In this document: positions 1-7,283 of the stretch, piece by piece
Layout: every line of letters begins with the position of its first letter
How positions within the stretch are numbered: position 1 is the stretch's first letter
Virus record (IMG/VR): IMGVR_UViG_2695420403_000017
Source of the DNA: a virus
Lineage: Duplodnaviria; Heunggongvirae; Uroviricota; Caudoviricetes
DNA: 8,534 nt
Strand: one strand, 5' to 3'
Notes under the pieces: model-generated
The model's input: the letters and a program-made list of their open reading frames with translations, nothing else
Database searches by the model: none
What the model was told of the DNA's origin: nothing
Translations under genes and position numbers: made by a program

Positions 1-219
1 TCACATCCACATAATTTGCTGCCCTGACGGCAACGGGTGCGGCCTCACGGCGTGGACTTCTCCCGGCTTCACGATGTATCGCTGTACCGACTCATAAGTG
101 ATGAACGTGGCGCTGCAATTCACGTTCTGACACTGGTGATAACGCTCTTTTGTCGTGTCAGTGATATAGCGACTTGTACGCGCATGTGCGGCATGCTGGC
201 ATAAAGGACAATGAAACAT
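1..219 (-). CDS. ogr: Late transcription activator Ogr (Cys4 zinc-finger), 72 aa
   Basis: Minus-strand ORF with stop at 1-3. Translation from the ATG at 217-219 (MFHCPLCQHAAHARTSRYITDTTKERYHQCQNVNC...) matches my recollection of P2 Ogr, including the C-x2-C-x22-C-x4-C motif. A GGAAGAGGTG Shine-Dalgarno sits 7 nt upstream of this ATG. The ORF track extends to 282 (93 aa), but that N-terminal extension has no comparable RBS and is absent from Ogr as I recall it. Confidence 0.85.
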   Translation of the reverse strand: MFHCPLCQHAAHARTSRYITDTTKERYHQCQNVNCSATFITYESVQRYIVKPGEVHAVRPHPLPSGQQIMWM

Positions 220-253
220 CGCGAGCACCTCTTCCGGTTTTGTTGATGGTGCC

Positions 254-282
254 ATTTTAGTTAATTTATCCTTATAAAACAA
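254..282 (-). promoter_or_regulatory. Candidate sigma70 promoter for ogr in the AT-rich D-ogr spacer
   Basis: On the minus strand, TTGTTT (plus 277-282) and TAAAAT (plus 254-259) are separated by 17 bp, about 35 nt upstream of the ogr ATG. Hexamer match by eye only. Confidence 0.3.
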
Positions 283-300
283 ACAGATAAAATAAAAACA

Positions 301-1464
301 TCACTCATCATCTTCTGTTTCGTACTCCACATCAGAAAGCCTGACCTCAAGCTCCAGGGACGTCGTGAAGCCGCTATTATTCAGAAAATGTGTCACCTTA
401 GTGATTGTCCAGTCCTGCTCGTTTATGACGCGCTTAAAACCTGACACTTTGACCGGCGTTTCCGTATAAATATCTGCACGACCGGTAGCCAGGCTGATGG
501 AGAACTCCGCAACGCCCCGTTGCAGTTTATCCCACTTCGCCTGAGCGGCGCGCATGGCCTGCGCTTTTGTGGCATATACCGTGGTCAGGGCAAAAACGTT
601 GTCAGCCTCACCGGCCATGTATTCACCTTCGCGCGCTTCCGGTACTTTGGGCGCTTTCTTCTGCGTGACCGGTTTCGCTTTCGGGTGTTCCAGTGCGCGC
701 AGGTGTTTTTCTTTCTTTTTGCGCTTCAGTTTTACCTTCTGCTTTTGCGGCTTCGGGTCTTTAGTGTGTAACCACTTTGCCGTTACGCCGCTGTAGGCTC
801 CACGGTCAGCAATCGCAAAATGATGGCGGTCGCCGTCGCTGCGGGTGATGGTAATCTGCGGGATTTTTTTACCACTGGCCGTCACCCCCTGCCCCGCTTT
901 GAGAAACAGCAGTTTTCCCATTTTTACCGACACCTCACCGCCGTTGCGTTCAGCAAGACGGGTCAGGAATTTCGCATCAGACTCCTGCGACTGGTCGATG
1001 TGCGGGATTTTAATTCCTGTCAGTGACGGCGCGACACTGGCTTCCAGCCTGTTACGGGAGGCAATCGCTTCAACAATCGCACCGAGCGTGGTGTCATGCC
1101 AGGAGCCTTCCCGGCGGGAATTGAGCGTCCCGCGAAAATCCGCACTCCGGGCGCGGATGGTGACCACATCCGGCGCTCCCCGGTGTTCAACCTCATCAAC
1201 GGTAAATTTCCCTTTGCATACCAGGGCAAAACCTTTCCAGCCAATATACACCGTCAGGACAGCGCCACGAATCGGCAGCCCGACCTGCCCGTCAGCATCG
1301 TCCAGTTCAATATCAAGCTGGTCAGCCTCAAAGCCCCGGTTATCCGTCAGGGTCATGCTCATCAGACGGTCACTGATATTGCCGGTAATATCCCTGCTGT
1401 CGAGCATCAGCATGTAATCCGGCGTCAGCGTACTGCCTGCATCAAATGTCAGCGCATCCAGCAT
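301..1464 (-). CDS. D: Tail/baseplate hub protein gpD (phage late control gene D family), 387 aa
   Basis: Full ORF of 387 aa, the length I recall for P2 gpD, with recognisable sequence (MLDALTFDAGSTLTPDYMLMLDSRDITGNISDRLMSMTLTDNRGFEADQLDIELDDADGQ...). It sits immediately downstream of U and upstream of ogr as in P2. Its start codon overlaps the U stop (TAATG). Confidence 0.9.
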   Translation of the reverse strand: MLDALTFDAGSTLTPDYMLMLDSRDITGNISDRLMSMTLTDNRGFEADQLDIELDDADGQVGLPIRGAVLTVYIGWKGFALVCKGKFTVDEVEHRGAPDVVTIRARSADFRGTLNSRREGSWHDTTLGAIVEAIASRNRLEASVAPSLTGIKIPHIDQSQESDAKFLTRLAERNGGEVSVKMGKLLFLKAGQGVTASGKKIPQITITRSDGDRHHFAIADRGAYSGVTAKWLHTKDPKPQKQKVKLKRKKKEKHLRALEHPKAKPVTQKKAPKVPEAREGEYMAGEADNVFALTTVYATKAQAMRAAQAKWDKLQRGVAEFSISLATGRADIYTETPVKVSGFKRVINEQDWTITKVTHFLNNSGFTTSLELEVRLSDVEYETEDDE

Positions 1465-1943
1465 TATCCCGCCCCCGTCATACCCGTGAATCTGGTCGCC
1501 ATACTGCCAGCCTTACCGATGAGCGATTCCGCCTGTTTACCGATATCGCCATAAAGCGCGGCCAGTGATTCATCAACGCGGGTGAGTGACAGCGTAAAAT
1601 CAATTTTCCGGGGTGTGCCGTCTGCAAAGAAAATACTCCCTGTTTCACTCACCTTGCTGACGACATACATGCCGTAAATCATGCCAGTGCCATCCAGCAA
1701 CGGCCACGCCCGGCCTTCCTCTGCCATCAGCCTGAGCGTGGTCATCGTCAGCTTGCCGCCGGTCAGTTCTGGATAAAGCACACCGGCAAGCGTGATGTTT
1801 TCCTCACCCACACCGAGAAACTGGTAGGCGTCCCGTTTACCGATACGGGAATTTGACGGCCAGCGATAATCTGATTCACGCTGCATGGTCTGGTGTGGCA
1901 GCGTCTGGCGCATAAAAACAAACATACCTAACGCGAGCATCAT
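1464..1943 (-). CDS. U: Tail protein gpU, 159 aa
   Basis: 159-aa ORF between T and D, matching P2 gpU in size and position. A strong AAGGAGGTG Shine-Dalgarno lies 7 nt upstream of the ATG and overlaps the T stop codon. Confidence 0.88.
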   Translation of the reverse strand: MMLALGMFVFMRQTLPHQTMQRESDYRWPSNSRIGKRDAYQFLGVGEENITLAGVLYPELTGGKLTMTTLRLMAEEGRAWPLLDGTGMIYGMYVVSKVSETGSIFFADGTPRKIDFTLSLTRVDESLAALYGDIGKQAESLIGKAGSMATRFTGMTGAG

Positions 1944-1957
1944 TTTTCGTCACCTCC

Positions 1958-4405
1958 TTAACCGTCATGCATCATGCTGGCACGGGCGCGCGCACGTTTA
2001 TCCCGCTCGTATTTTTCGAGCGCATCCTGTAACTGGCGGTCAAGCTGTGTCCCCGGCGCAGTACCCCCCGTCAGGCTGATGTGATATTCGTTTTTACTCT
2101 GGTCCACATAAGAGCGGCCAGCCGGTGCCGTGACCGGCTGATAAGCCTGATAACCTGCATAAGAGCTGGTCGCCGGAATATAACCACCGCTGCCATACGT
2201 GGCGGCTTGAGTTCTGGCGGCGGTCTGGTCAAGTGTGTCTGACTCTTTGTTGATGACACCGAGTTTTTCCAGTACCCAGTCAATACCACTGCGCAGTTTG
2301 TTGAACGCATTAAGCGGCAGCATCAGCGCGTCAGCCAGTGCCTGCCCGAACATGACGCCCGTGTCACGGCAACGGTTCAGGGTGTCCTGGGTAGCTTTGA
2401 CCGGGGCAATCAGGTTTTTAAACCACTGCCACGCGGCCTGTAACTTTTCGCCCAGCCAGTCAAACACCGGCTTAAGTGGCGTGAACAGTTCCCCCACCGG
2501 CGCAAATGCCGCTTTCAGCCCTTCCATCACACCGCCAAAGAATGCGCTGACAGGCTCCCAGTATTTACGGATAAGCAACGCCCCGGCGACAATGGTGGCC
2601 ACCACGGCCACAACCGGCCAGCTAATCGCCCCGATGGCCGTCATAACAGCACTGCCAACCGTCGTGAAGACTGCCCCCATTGCGCCTGCTGCCGCGATGA
2701 TGGCATTGATGCCGGTGATAACCGGCCAGGCTACAAGACCAATTGCACCGATGATGCCAGTCAGCGCCAGTGCGCCACCGGCAATGAGACCAATGGTTGA
2801 CGCCAGTGATTTGTTTTTCTGTATCCAGCCGTCGAGTTTTAACACATACTTTGTGGCCGTCTGCGTGAGCTTACGCAGTGCGCCTTCCTGCTGGTCAAAC
2901 AGGTCTGTCCCCACCGCCTCATAAGCGGACTGAAACTCCTTAAAGTCACCGCCGAGGTTGTCCTGCATGATATTTACCAGCTCTTCCGTTTTACCGTCCG
3001 AGGCTTTCAGCGTGGCAGTCAGCTTATCCAGTTTTCCGCTTGCTGCCGCTGCCAGTAAAACGTTCGCTGATTTCAGTGCTTCCTCACCAAAAATGGTTTT
3101 AAGGTATTCCCCCTTCTGAGACGTTCCCAGCTTGTGTTTATCAAAGCTGGCCTGAATCTCTTTCAGAATGGTGAACAACGGACGCATATTTCCCTTTTTG
3201 TCCGAGGTTTTAACGCCAAGCTCTTTTAGTGCTTCCCATGCTTTCCCTGTCGGAGCCTGTAATCGGGTGACAACGGCACTACTACCCGTACCCGCCATTG
3301 ACCCCCTGATGTTATTGTCATGCAGCACACCTGTCATGGCCGCTGCCTGCTCAAGACTTACACCTGCCGTCCTCGCAACCGGACCGAGGTAAGTCAGTGC
3401 ATCACTGAGCCCCTGAAAATCAGCCGCCGACTTATTCATCGTTGCCGACAACACATCGCCCACATGGCTGACATCATCATTTGACAGTTGAAAGGATGCC
3501 TTGGTCCCCAGCAACAGTTGCGCGTTTTCTTCCATCGACCGCTGATTCGCCAGTGCCATATTCAGCGTGACCGGCGTTGCCGCCTGAATAGCCGCAGCAT
3601 CTCCACCCGCTTTCGCAATGATAATCTGCGCACCGGCTGCATCATCCGCCGAGGCGGCTGTGTTGTCGCCGAGCTGGCGCGCCTGTTTGCGTAGCGCGGC
3701 CATTTCGGCGGAATCTTTTGCCACACCGAGCACGGCCTGCAATTCTGAGTTTTTCTGCGCAAACTCATAACCGGGCATCAGCAGCTTAACTCCGGCCATC
3801 GTTCCCGCCGCCGCAATCCCCACACCGGCAGCGCCCACCGAGGCCATATTTCCGGCCAGTTCCTTGCCTGCCTGATAACGCTGTTTGACTGCGTTAAGTT
3901 TTGCCTGTTGCGCACTGACACGCGCCAGCGCGTCACGCTGCCGGTTAAGCTGTGCGGTGGTTTCACTGATACGGTTTTTCAGCCCTCGTTCATCATGCGC
4001 CAGATTACGGGTATTAATACCCGCCTGACTCAATTCCTGACGCTGGCGCTGTACCGACAATCTCAGGCTGTTATATTTCGCCTGTAACTCAGACGCATTT
4101 TTACGCGCGGCTTCCATTGCCTTTGCCTGTGCATTTGTCGGTCGTTCAGTATTTTTAAACTGGACAGCCAGAGCTGCGGCTTCCTGTCTGGCTTTTTTCA
4201 GTTCCTGACCAGTCACGGCGAGCTGTGCACTGGTCTTGCGAAATCCCTCAATACGGGATGCCTGACCGTTCAGCTCGCGCAGTGATTTTTGTGTGTCCCG
4301 GATATCCCCCGACAGCGACTTACTCGCTGTACGGATGGATTTAAACGGGCGGGATGCCTGGTCAACAGCCCTGAGCAATACCTGTAATTTTACATTGTTA
4401 CTCAT
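1958..4405 (-). CDS. T: Tail tape measure protein gpT, 815 aa
   Basis: 815-aa ORF, the length I recall for P2 gpT. It has an N-terminal coiled-coil-like Q/R/A/L-rich region and a central Gly/Ala-rich hydrophobic block (IGLIAGGALALTGIIGAIGLVAWPVITGINAIIAAAGAMGAV...) typical of tape measure proteins. It lies directly downstream of the E/E' chaperone pair. Confidence 0.9.
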   Translation of the reverse strand: MSNNVKLQVLLRAVDQASRPFKSIRTASKSLSGDIRDTQKSLRELNGQASRIEGFRKTSAQLAVTGQELKKARQEAAALAVQFKNTERPTNAQAKAMEAARKNASELQAKYNSLRLSVQRQRQELSQAGINTRNLAHDERGLKNRISETTAQLNRQRDALARVSAQQAKLNAVKQRYQAGKELAGNMASVGAAGVGIAAAGTMAGVKLLMPGYEFAQKNSELQAVLGVAKDSAEMAALRKQARQLGDNTAASADDAAGAQIIIAKAGGDAAAIQAATPVTLNMALANQRSMEENAQLLLGTKASFQLSNDDVSHVGDVLSATMNKSAADFQGLSDALTYLGPVARTAGVSLEQAAAMTGVLHDNNIRGSMAGTGSSAVVTRLQAPTGKAWEALKELGVKTSDKKGNMRPLFTILKEIQASFDKHKLGTSQKGEYLKTIFGEEALKSANVLLAAAASGKLDKLTATLKASDGKTEELVNIMQDNLGGDFKEFQSAYEAVGTDLFDQQEGALRKLTQTATKYVLKLDGWIQKNKSLASTIGLIAGGALALTGIIGAIGLVAWPVITGINAIIAAAGAMGAVFTTVGSAVMTAIGAISWPVVAVVATIVAGALLIRKYWEPVSAFFGGVMEGLKAAFAPVGELFTPLKPVFDWLGEKLQAAWQWFKNLIAPVKATQDTLNRCRDTGVMFGQALADALMLPLNAFNKLRSGIDWVLEKLGVINKESDTLDQTAARTQAATYGSGGYIPATSSYAGYQAYQPVTAPAGRSYVDQSKNEYHISLTGGTAPGTQLDRQLQDALEKYERDKRARARASMMHDG

Positions 4406-4825
4406 TCGTGTTTCCGCTTCGCCGGAGCGCCTTTTCGCGCCATGTGATGAGTTCGGTCAGGCTCATGGGATACAGTTCTGATGGCGGCCAGTGAAATATC
4501 ACTGCCACATCCGCCATCAGGTCATCGACCGAGAGATTTTTCGGAAACGTCACTGCACCGAGTTCGGCGACAAAAAACCGACCACCTTACCGGCCAGCGC
4601 CACAAGGTCAGGCAGTTCCAGCGCGGCGACCTCCTGCTCGGTCAGCATCGGTGCCGTCATGCGCGGCAGCACTTTAATCAGTGCATCGACTTCGGAGTTT
4701 GCGACCGCAGCCAGACTGACACCGCGCAGCGTCCCCGCACTGGGTTTCATCAGCGTGACCTGTTCGATAACCTGCTCACCACGCTTGACCGGATTGTCCA
4801 GGGTAATCACATTTTCTTTGTTCAT
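4398..4825 (-). CDS. E': Tail assembly chaperone E+E', 142-aa product of a programmed -1 frameshift
   Basis: Hand translation from the slippery site in the -1 frame gives VAELGAVTFPKNLSVDDLMADVAVIFHWPPSELYPMSLTELITWREKALRRSGNTNE, stopping at TAA (complement of 4398-4400), which overlaps the T start as ATGAGTAA. 85 aa from E plus 57 aa from E' gives 142 aa, the length I recall for P2 E+E'. Confidence 0.7.
4550..4825 (-). CDS. E: Tail assembly chaperone gpE, 91 aa
   Basis: 91-aa ORF between FII and T, ending ...KVVGFLSPNSVQ, with the slippery heptamer in its last codons. Size and position match P2 gpE. Confidence 0.85.
   Translation of the reverse strand: MNKENVITLDNPVKRGEQVIEQVTLMKPSAGTLRGVSLAAVANSEVDALIKVLPRMTAPMLTEQEVAALELPDLVALAGKVVGFLSPNSVQ
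4571..4577 (-). promoter_or_regulatory. Slippery heptamer T-TTT-TTG for the E to E' -1 ribosomal frameshift
   Basis: Minus-strand sequence GGT TTT TTG TCG reads as G-F-L-S in gpE. The run of six T followed by G is the classic -1 slip site for the tail chaperone pair, analogous to lambda G/GT. Confidence 0.7.
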
Positions 4826-4853
4826 GGTTTTCTCACTTCTTAATCAGGGTTAA

Positions 4854-4874
4854 CCGGTCAGCCTGGCTGACCGG
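4854..4874 (-). repeat. Perfect 10-bp inverted repeat (hairpin) in the FII-E intergenic spacer
   Basis: Plus strand reads CCGGTCAGCC-T-GGCTGACCGG. On the mRNA strand it sits 12 nt after the FII stop and 29 nt before the E start. No U-tract follows, so it is not a canonical intrinsic terminator. Confidence 0.6.
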
Positions 4875-4881
4875 ATGAAAA

Positions 4882-5400
4882 TCACAGGCCGATATTGCGG
4901 CGGTGTTGCTCCAGCCGGTCGACGCCGTTCACCTTCTCAATCATGTTGATGGTGTCGATTTCGACCAGCTCCTTACCGTCCATCGTCAGCCGGAAATAGG
5001 TGCAGACCACGGAGATTTTCGACTCGGTGTCTTCTCCCTGTTTACCCTCGCCGGTGTCGATTTCTTTCTGACGTCCACGCATGACCACCTCGACGGCCAC
5101 CGTTTCGCCGGTATCGTCGCGCTGGTAAGAGCCTGCAAAACGAATCGGCACGGCATCCACACCGGTTGCGGCGTAAAGCTCCCAGATAACCGAATCCGGG
5201 AAGCCACCGAGCGACCACTCCATTGACAGCGCATCGTCATCAAGGCCGAGGTCTACCGGTGCGCTGCCGTTCATCCCCGCACCGCGATAGTTTTCGAGCT
5301 TACGGGTCAGTTTTGGCAGCGTGACGGACTTTGCAACGCCCTGATAGCTGTAGCCGTTCAGAAAGACGTTCATTAACTTGAGTTTGCGCGGCATTGCCAT
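4882..5400 (-). CDS. FII: Tail tube protein gpFII, 172 aa
   Basis: 172-aa ORF directly downstream of the sheath gene, matching P2 FII in size, position and sequence as I recall it (MAMPRKLKLMNVFLNGYSYQGVAKS...). AAGGAG Shine-Dalgarno 8 nt upstream, overlapping the FI stop. Confidence 0.9.
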   Translation of the reverse strand: MAMPRKLKLMNVFLNGYSYQGVAKSVTLPKLTRKLENYRGAGMNGSAPVDLGLDDDALSMEWSLGGFPDSVIWELYAATGVDAVPIRFAGSYQRDDTGETVAVEVVMRGRQKEIDTGEGKQGEDTESKISVVCTYFRLTMDGKELVEIDTINMIEKVNGVDRLEQHRRNIGL

Positions 5401-5412
5401 CGGTCAGGCTCC

Positions 5413-6603
5413 TTAATTGCTGTTAACCGAAGTGACCAGATTTGCCAGGTATTTATCGGTAATACGCTGGCGCAGGGTCAGGTTTTCAAGAGGAGGCACC
5501 GGGGTATAGTCGTAGTCGATATACAGTTTTCCGGCCTTGAGGGTTTCCGCATCGTTGGATTCTTCGCTGAACCAGCAGGTCGCATCCACGATATAGCCGT
5601 TTGTTTTCAGTTCACGGAATTTGGCATTAATGCCGTCAACGATGTCGCGAATCAGCGTTGCGGTGATGGGCTTGTCCACCGCCCACATGTGCGCCTCAGC
5701 CATCGTGTCGGCCAGCACCTGCGCGGTGCGGGTGTAGTTTTCAAAGAGGAACAGCGGGTCATCAGAGCAGGTACGGTTACCCCAGAATCGGAAACCGTCG
5801 CGGCGAATCAGCGTAGTGACGCCTGACTCGTTAAGCAGGTCAGCATCGGTGCCGGACTCCTGCAAATCCCAGAATACAGATGCGCTGATGCCGGTAACAC
5901 CGTTCACCCCGACATTGGACAGCGTTTTATGCCAGCCCTGCTCCTGGTCGATTTTAGCGCGCAGCCCCAGCGCACGGGCGGTGGCATACGCGGTGGCGGT
6001 GGTACTGGTGACCGTATCCCATGCGAGGAAATCCGGCCAGATGACCATCAGCTCACGCTGGCTGAAATTCTGGCGGTAGGCTTTCACCTCAGAAATGGTT
6101 TTACAGCCCCATGCGCTGATATACCCGAAAGCGCGCAGCTTCTGACAGACTGATGCCAGTGCAACAGCAACCTCTTTGGTGTCCAGTCCCGGCACACCGA
6201 GAATGCGCGGTTTAACGCCGGTAACCGACTCCGCGCCCATCAGGGCTTTCAGTCCGGTGTACTGACCGTTTTCGTCGGTGGTGCCGATAATATTGGAAAC
6301 GGTCTGCGCGAGTTTCGTTTCCTCGTCGTCGCCGGTGCCGTCTTCCACACGCACGACAACGGTGACCGGTTTTGACTGGTCGGCGATGGCCTGCAACGAT
6401 GCCGCCAGCGTGCCTTTTTTACCGGCCTTTGCAATTGCGCTCTGCACATTGGTAATCAGCACCGGTTTATTGAGGGGGAAGGTTTCCGCATCCGCATCGC
6501 TGGCCGTGCAGACCATGCCGACAATGGCAGTGGATACGGTGGAAATGACGCGGGTGCCGTCGTTAATCTCCAGCACCTGCACGCCGTGATGATAGTCACT
6601 CAT
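5413..6603 (-). CDS. FI: Contractile tail sheath protein gpFI, 396 aa
   Basis: 396-aa ORF, the size I recall for P2 FI, as first gene of the FI-FII-E-T-U-D block, with recognisable sequence (MSDYHHGVQVLEINDGTRVISTVSTAIVGMV...). GGAG Shine-Dalgarno 8 nt upstream. Confidence 0.9.
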   Translation of the reverse strand: MSDYHHGVQVLEINDGTRVISTVSTAIVGMVCTASDADAETFPLNKPVLITNVQSAIAKAGKKGTLAASLQAIADQSKPVTVVVRVEDGTGDDEETKLAQTVSNIIGTTDENGQYTGLKALMGAESVTGVKPRILGVPGLDTKEVAVALASVCQKLRAFGYISAWGCKTISEVKAYRQNFSQRELMVIWPDFLAWDTVTSTTATAYATARALGLRAKIDQEQGWHKTLSNVGVNGVTGISASVFWDLQESGTDADLLNESGVTTLIRRDGFRFWGNRTCSDDPLFLFENYTRTAQVLADTMAEAHMWAVDKPITATLIRDIVDGINAKFRELKTNGYIVDATCWFSEESNDAETLKAGKLYIDYDYTPVPPLENLTLRQRITDKYLANLVTSVNSN

Positions 6604-6634
6604 CCGTTTAACTCCGTGGTTAATGGGTGAGTGG

Positions 6635-6692
6635 TATTTTCAGTTGTGCCGGAGATGTCAGGCTATTTGTCCCGGTTGGCTAAGGGATGACA
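6635..6692 (-). promoter_or_regulatory. Candidate Ogr-dependent late promoter for the FI operon
   Basis: Minus strand TGTCATCCCTTAGCCAAC (plus 6675-6692) is a 5/6 match to the TGT-N12-ACA dyad of P2/P4 late promoters. Its centre lies about 45 bp upstream of a -10-like GAAAAT/AAAATA (plus 6635-6641), placing it near -55. The element overlaps the last codons of the invertase gene. Match by eye only. Confidence 0.3.
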
Positions 6693-7256
6693 CAATTTAT
6701 TCTTTGTCGCTGATGAGGGGAATTTTTTATAGAGCGTGGACAGGCCAATATCAAAAATCAGCGCCACACGTTGACGAGATTCCCCCGCAGCCAGCAACCG
6801 TCCGACCTGCTCCCACTCACTCGCGGTGAGTTTCGGTCGTCTGCCACCAATACGACCTTTGGCTCTGGCCGCTTCCAGCCCGGCCCGAGTCCGCTCGACA
6901 ATGAGTTCTCGCTCCATTTCAGCCAGGGCACCCATCACATGAAAGAAAAAACGCCCCATCGGCGTGCTGGTATCAATAGCATCTGTCAGGCTGCGAAAAT
7001 TAACGCCGCGTTCGCGCAGCTCCTCAACCAGAATGACCAGATGCCGCATACTACGCCCCAGCCGGTCCAGCTTCCAGACTACCAGAGTGTCACCTGCTGA
7101 TAATGTTCTGAGCAGTTTTTTCAGTCCCGGTCGGTCGGACTTCGTGCCGCTGATTTTATCCTCAAAAATCCGCTCGCATCCTGCGCACTCCAGCGCGTTA
7201 CGCTGCAATTCCGTGTTCTGGTCATTTGTCGACACGCGTACATAGCCAATAAGCAT
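6663..7256 (-). CDS. Serine DNA invertase (Pin/Gin/Hin/Cin family), about 197 aa
   Basis: N-terminus MLIGYVRVSTNDQNTELQRNAL carries the catalytic serine motif, and the C-terminus has a helix-turn-helix (GLSTLYKKF), both characteristic of Gin/Pin/Hin. Start chosen at the second ATG (7254-7256), which has an AGGGGG Shine-Dalgarno 6 nt upstream and reproduces the Gin/Pin N-terminus; the track ORF starts 2 codons earlier at 7262. The gene is adjacent to, and divergent from, a tail-fibre variable cassette. Confidence 0.85.
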   Translation of the reverse strand: MLIGYVRVSTNDQNTELQRNALECAGCERIFEDKISGTKSDRPGLKKLLRTLSAGDTLVVWKLDRLGRSMRHLVILVEELRERGVNFRSLTDAIDTSTPMGRFFFHVMGALAEMERELIVERTRAGLEAARAKGRIGGRRPKLTASEWEQVGRLLAAGESRQRVALIFDIGLSTLYKKFPSSATKNKLCHPLANRDK

Positions 7257-7283
7257 GAGCATCCCCCTGAATAAAAACCGGAG

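Noticed and set aside
220-282. N-terminal extension of the ogr ORF (93 aa, start at 282) given in the ORF track
   Set aside because: The ATG at 217-219 has a good Shine-Dalgarno and gives the 72-aa Ogr beginning MFHCPLC that I recall for P2. The longer form begins inside the AT-rich putative promoter region with no RBS.
520-1554. Plus-strand ORFs of 68-190 aa (520..771, 554..796, 820..1026, 845..1417, 1096..1554) and an alternative minus frame (1020..1244)
   Set aside because: They lie entirely inside and antisense to, or out of frame with, the well-supported gpD gene. They have Pro/Ser/Arg/Cys-rich, low-complexity translations typical of chance antisense ORFs in GC-rich coding DNA, and no RBS.
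1885-4481. ORFs embedded in the tape-measure region (1885..2079 +, 2071..2310 -, 2235..2924 +, 3168..3392 +, 3488..3694 +, 3562..3768 -, 3778..3966 -, 4293..4481 +)
   Set aside because: All overlap the 815-aa gpT ORF in other frames or on the other strand, with biased low-complexity composition. gpT fully explains the region.
4481-4853. Two 120-aa plus-strand ORFs antisense to E/E'
   Set aside because: They are antisense to the chaperone gene, the frameshift extension and the FII-E spacer, and have no start context. They arise from the open antisense frames of a compact coding region.
4903-6589. Internal ORFs within FII and FI (4903..5226 +, 4986..5243 -, 5816..6079 +, 5929..6153 +, 6249..6449 -, 6278..6589 +)
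   Set aside because: They are nested in the sheath and tube genes, which match P2 proteins over their full length, and show no independent coding evidence.
6604-6662. Possibility of a cargo or defence locus at the P2 Z/fun position between the fibre module and FI
   Set aside because: Only 59 bp separate the invertase stop from the FI start, so there is no room for an additional gene. The slot is occupied by the invertase itself.
6623-7245. Plus-strand ORFs antisense to the invertase (6623..6829, 6771..7100, 6964..7245)
   Set aside because: They are antisense to a gene with clear serine-recombinase motifs, and their translations are Ser/Arg/Thr-rich low complexity.
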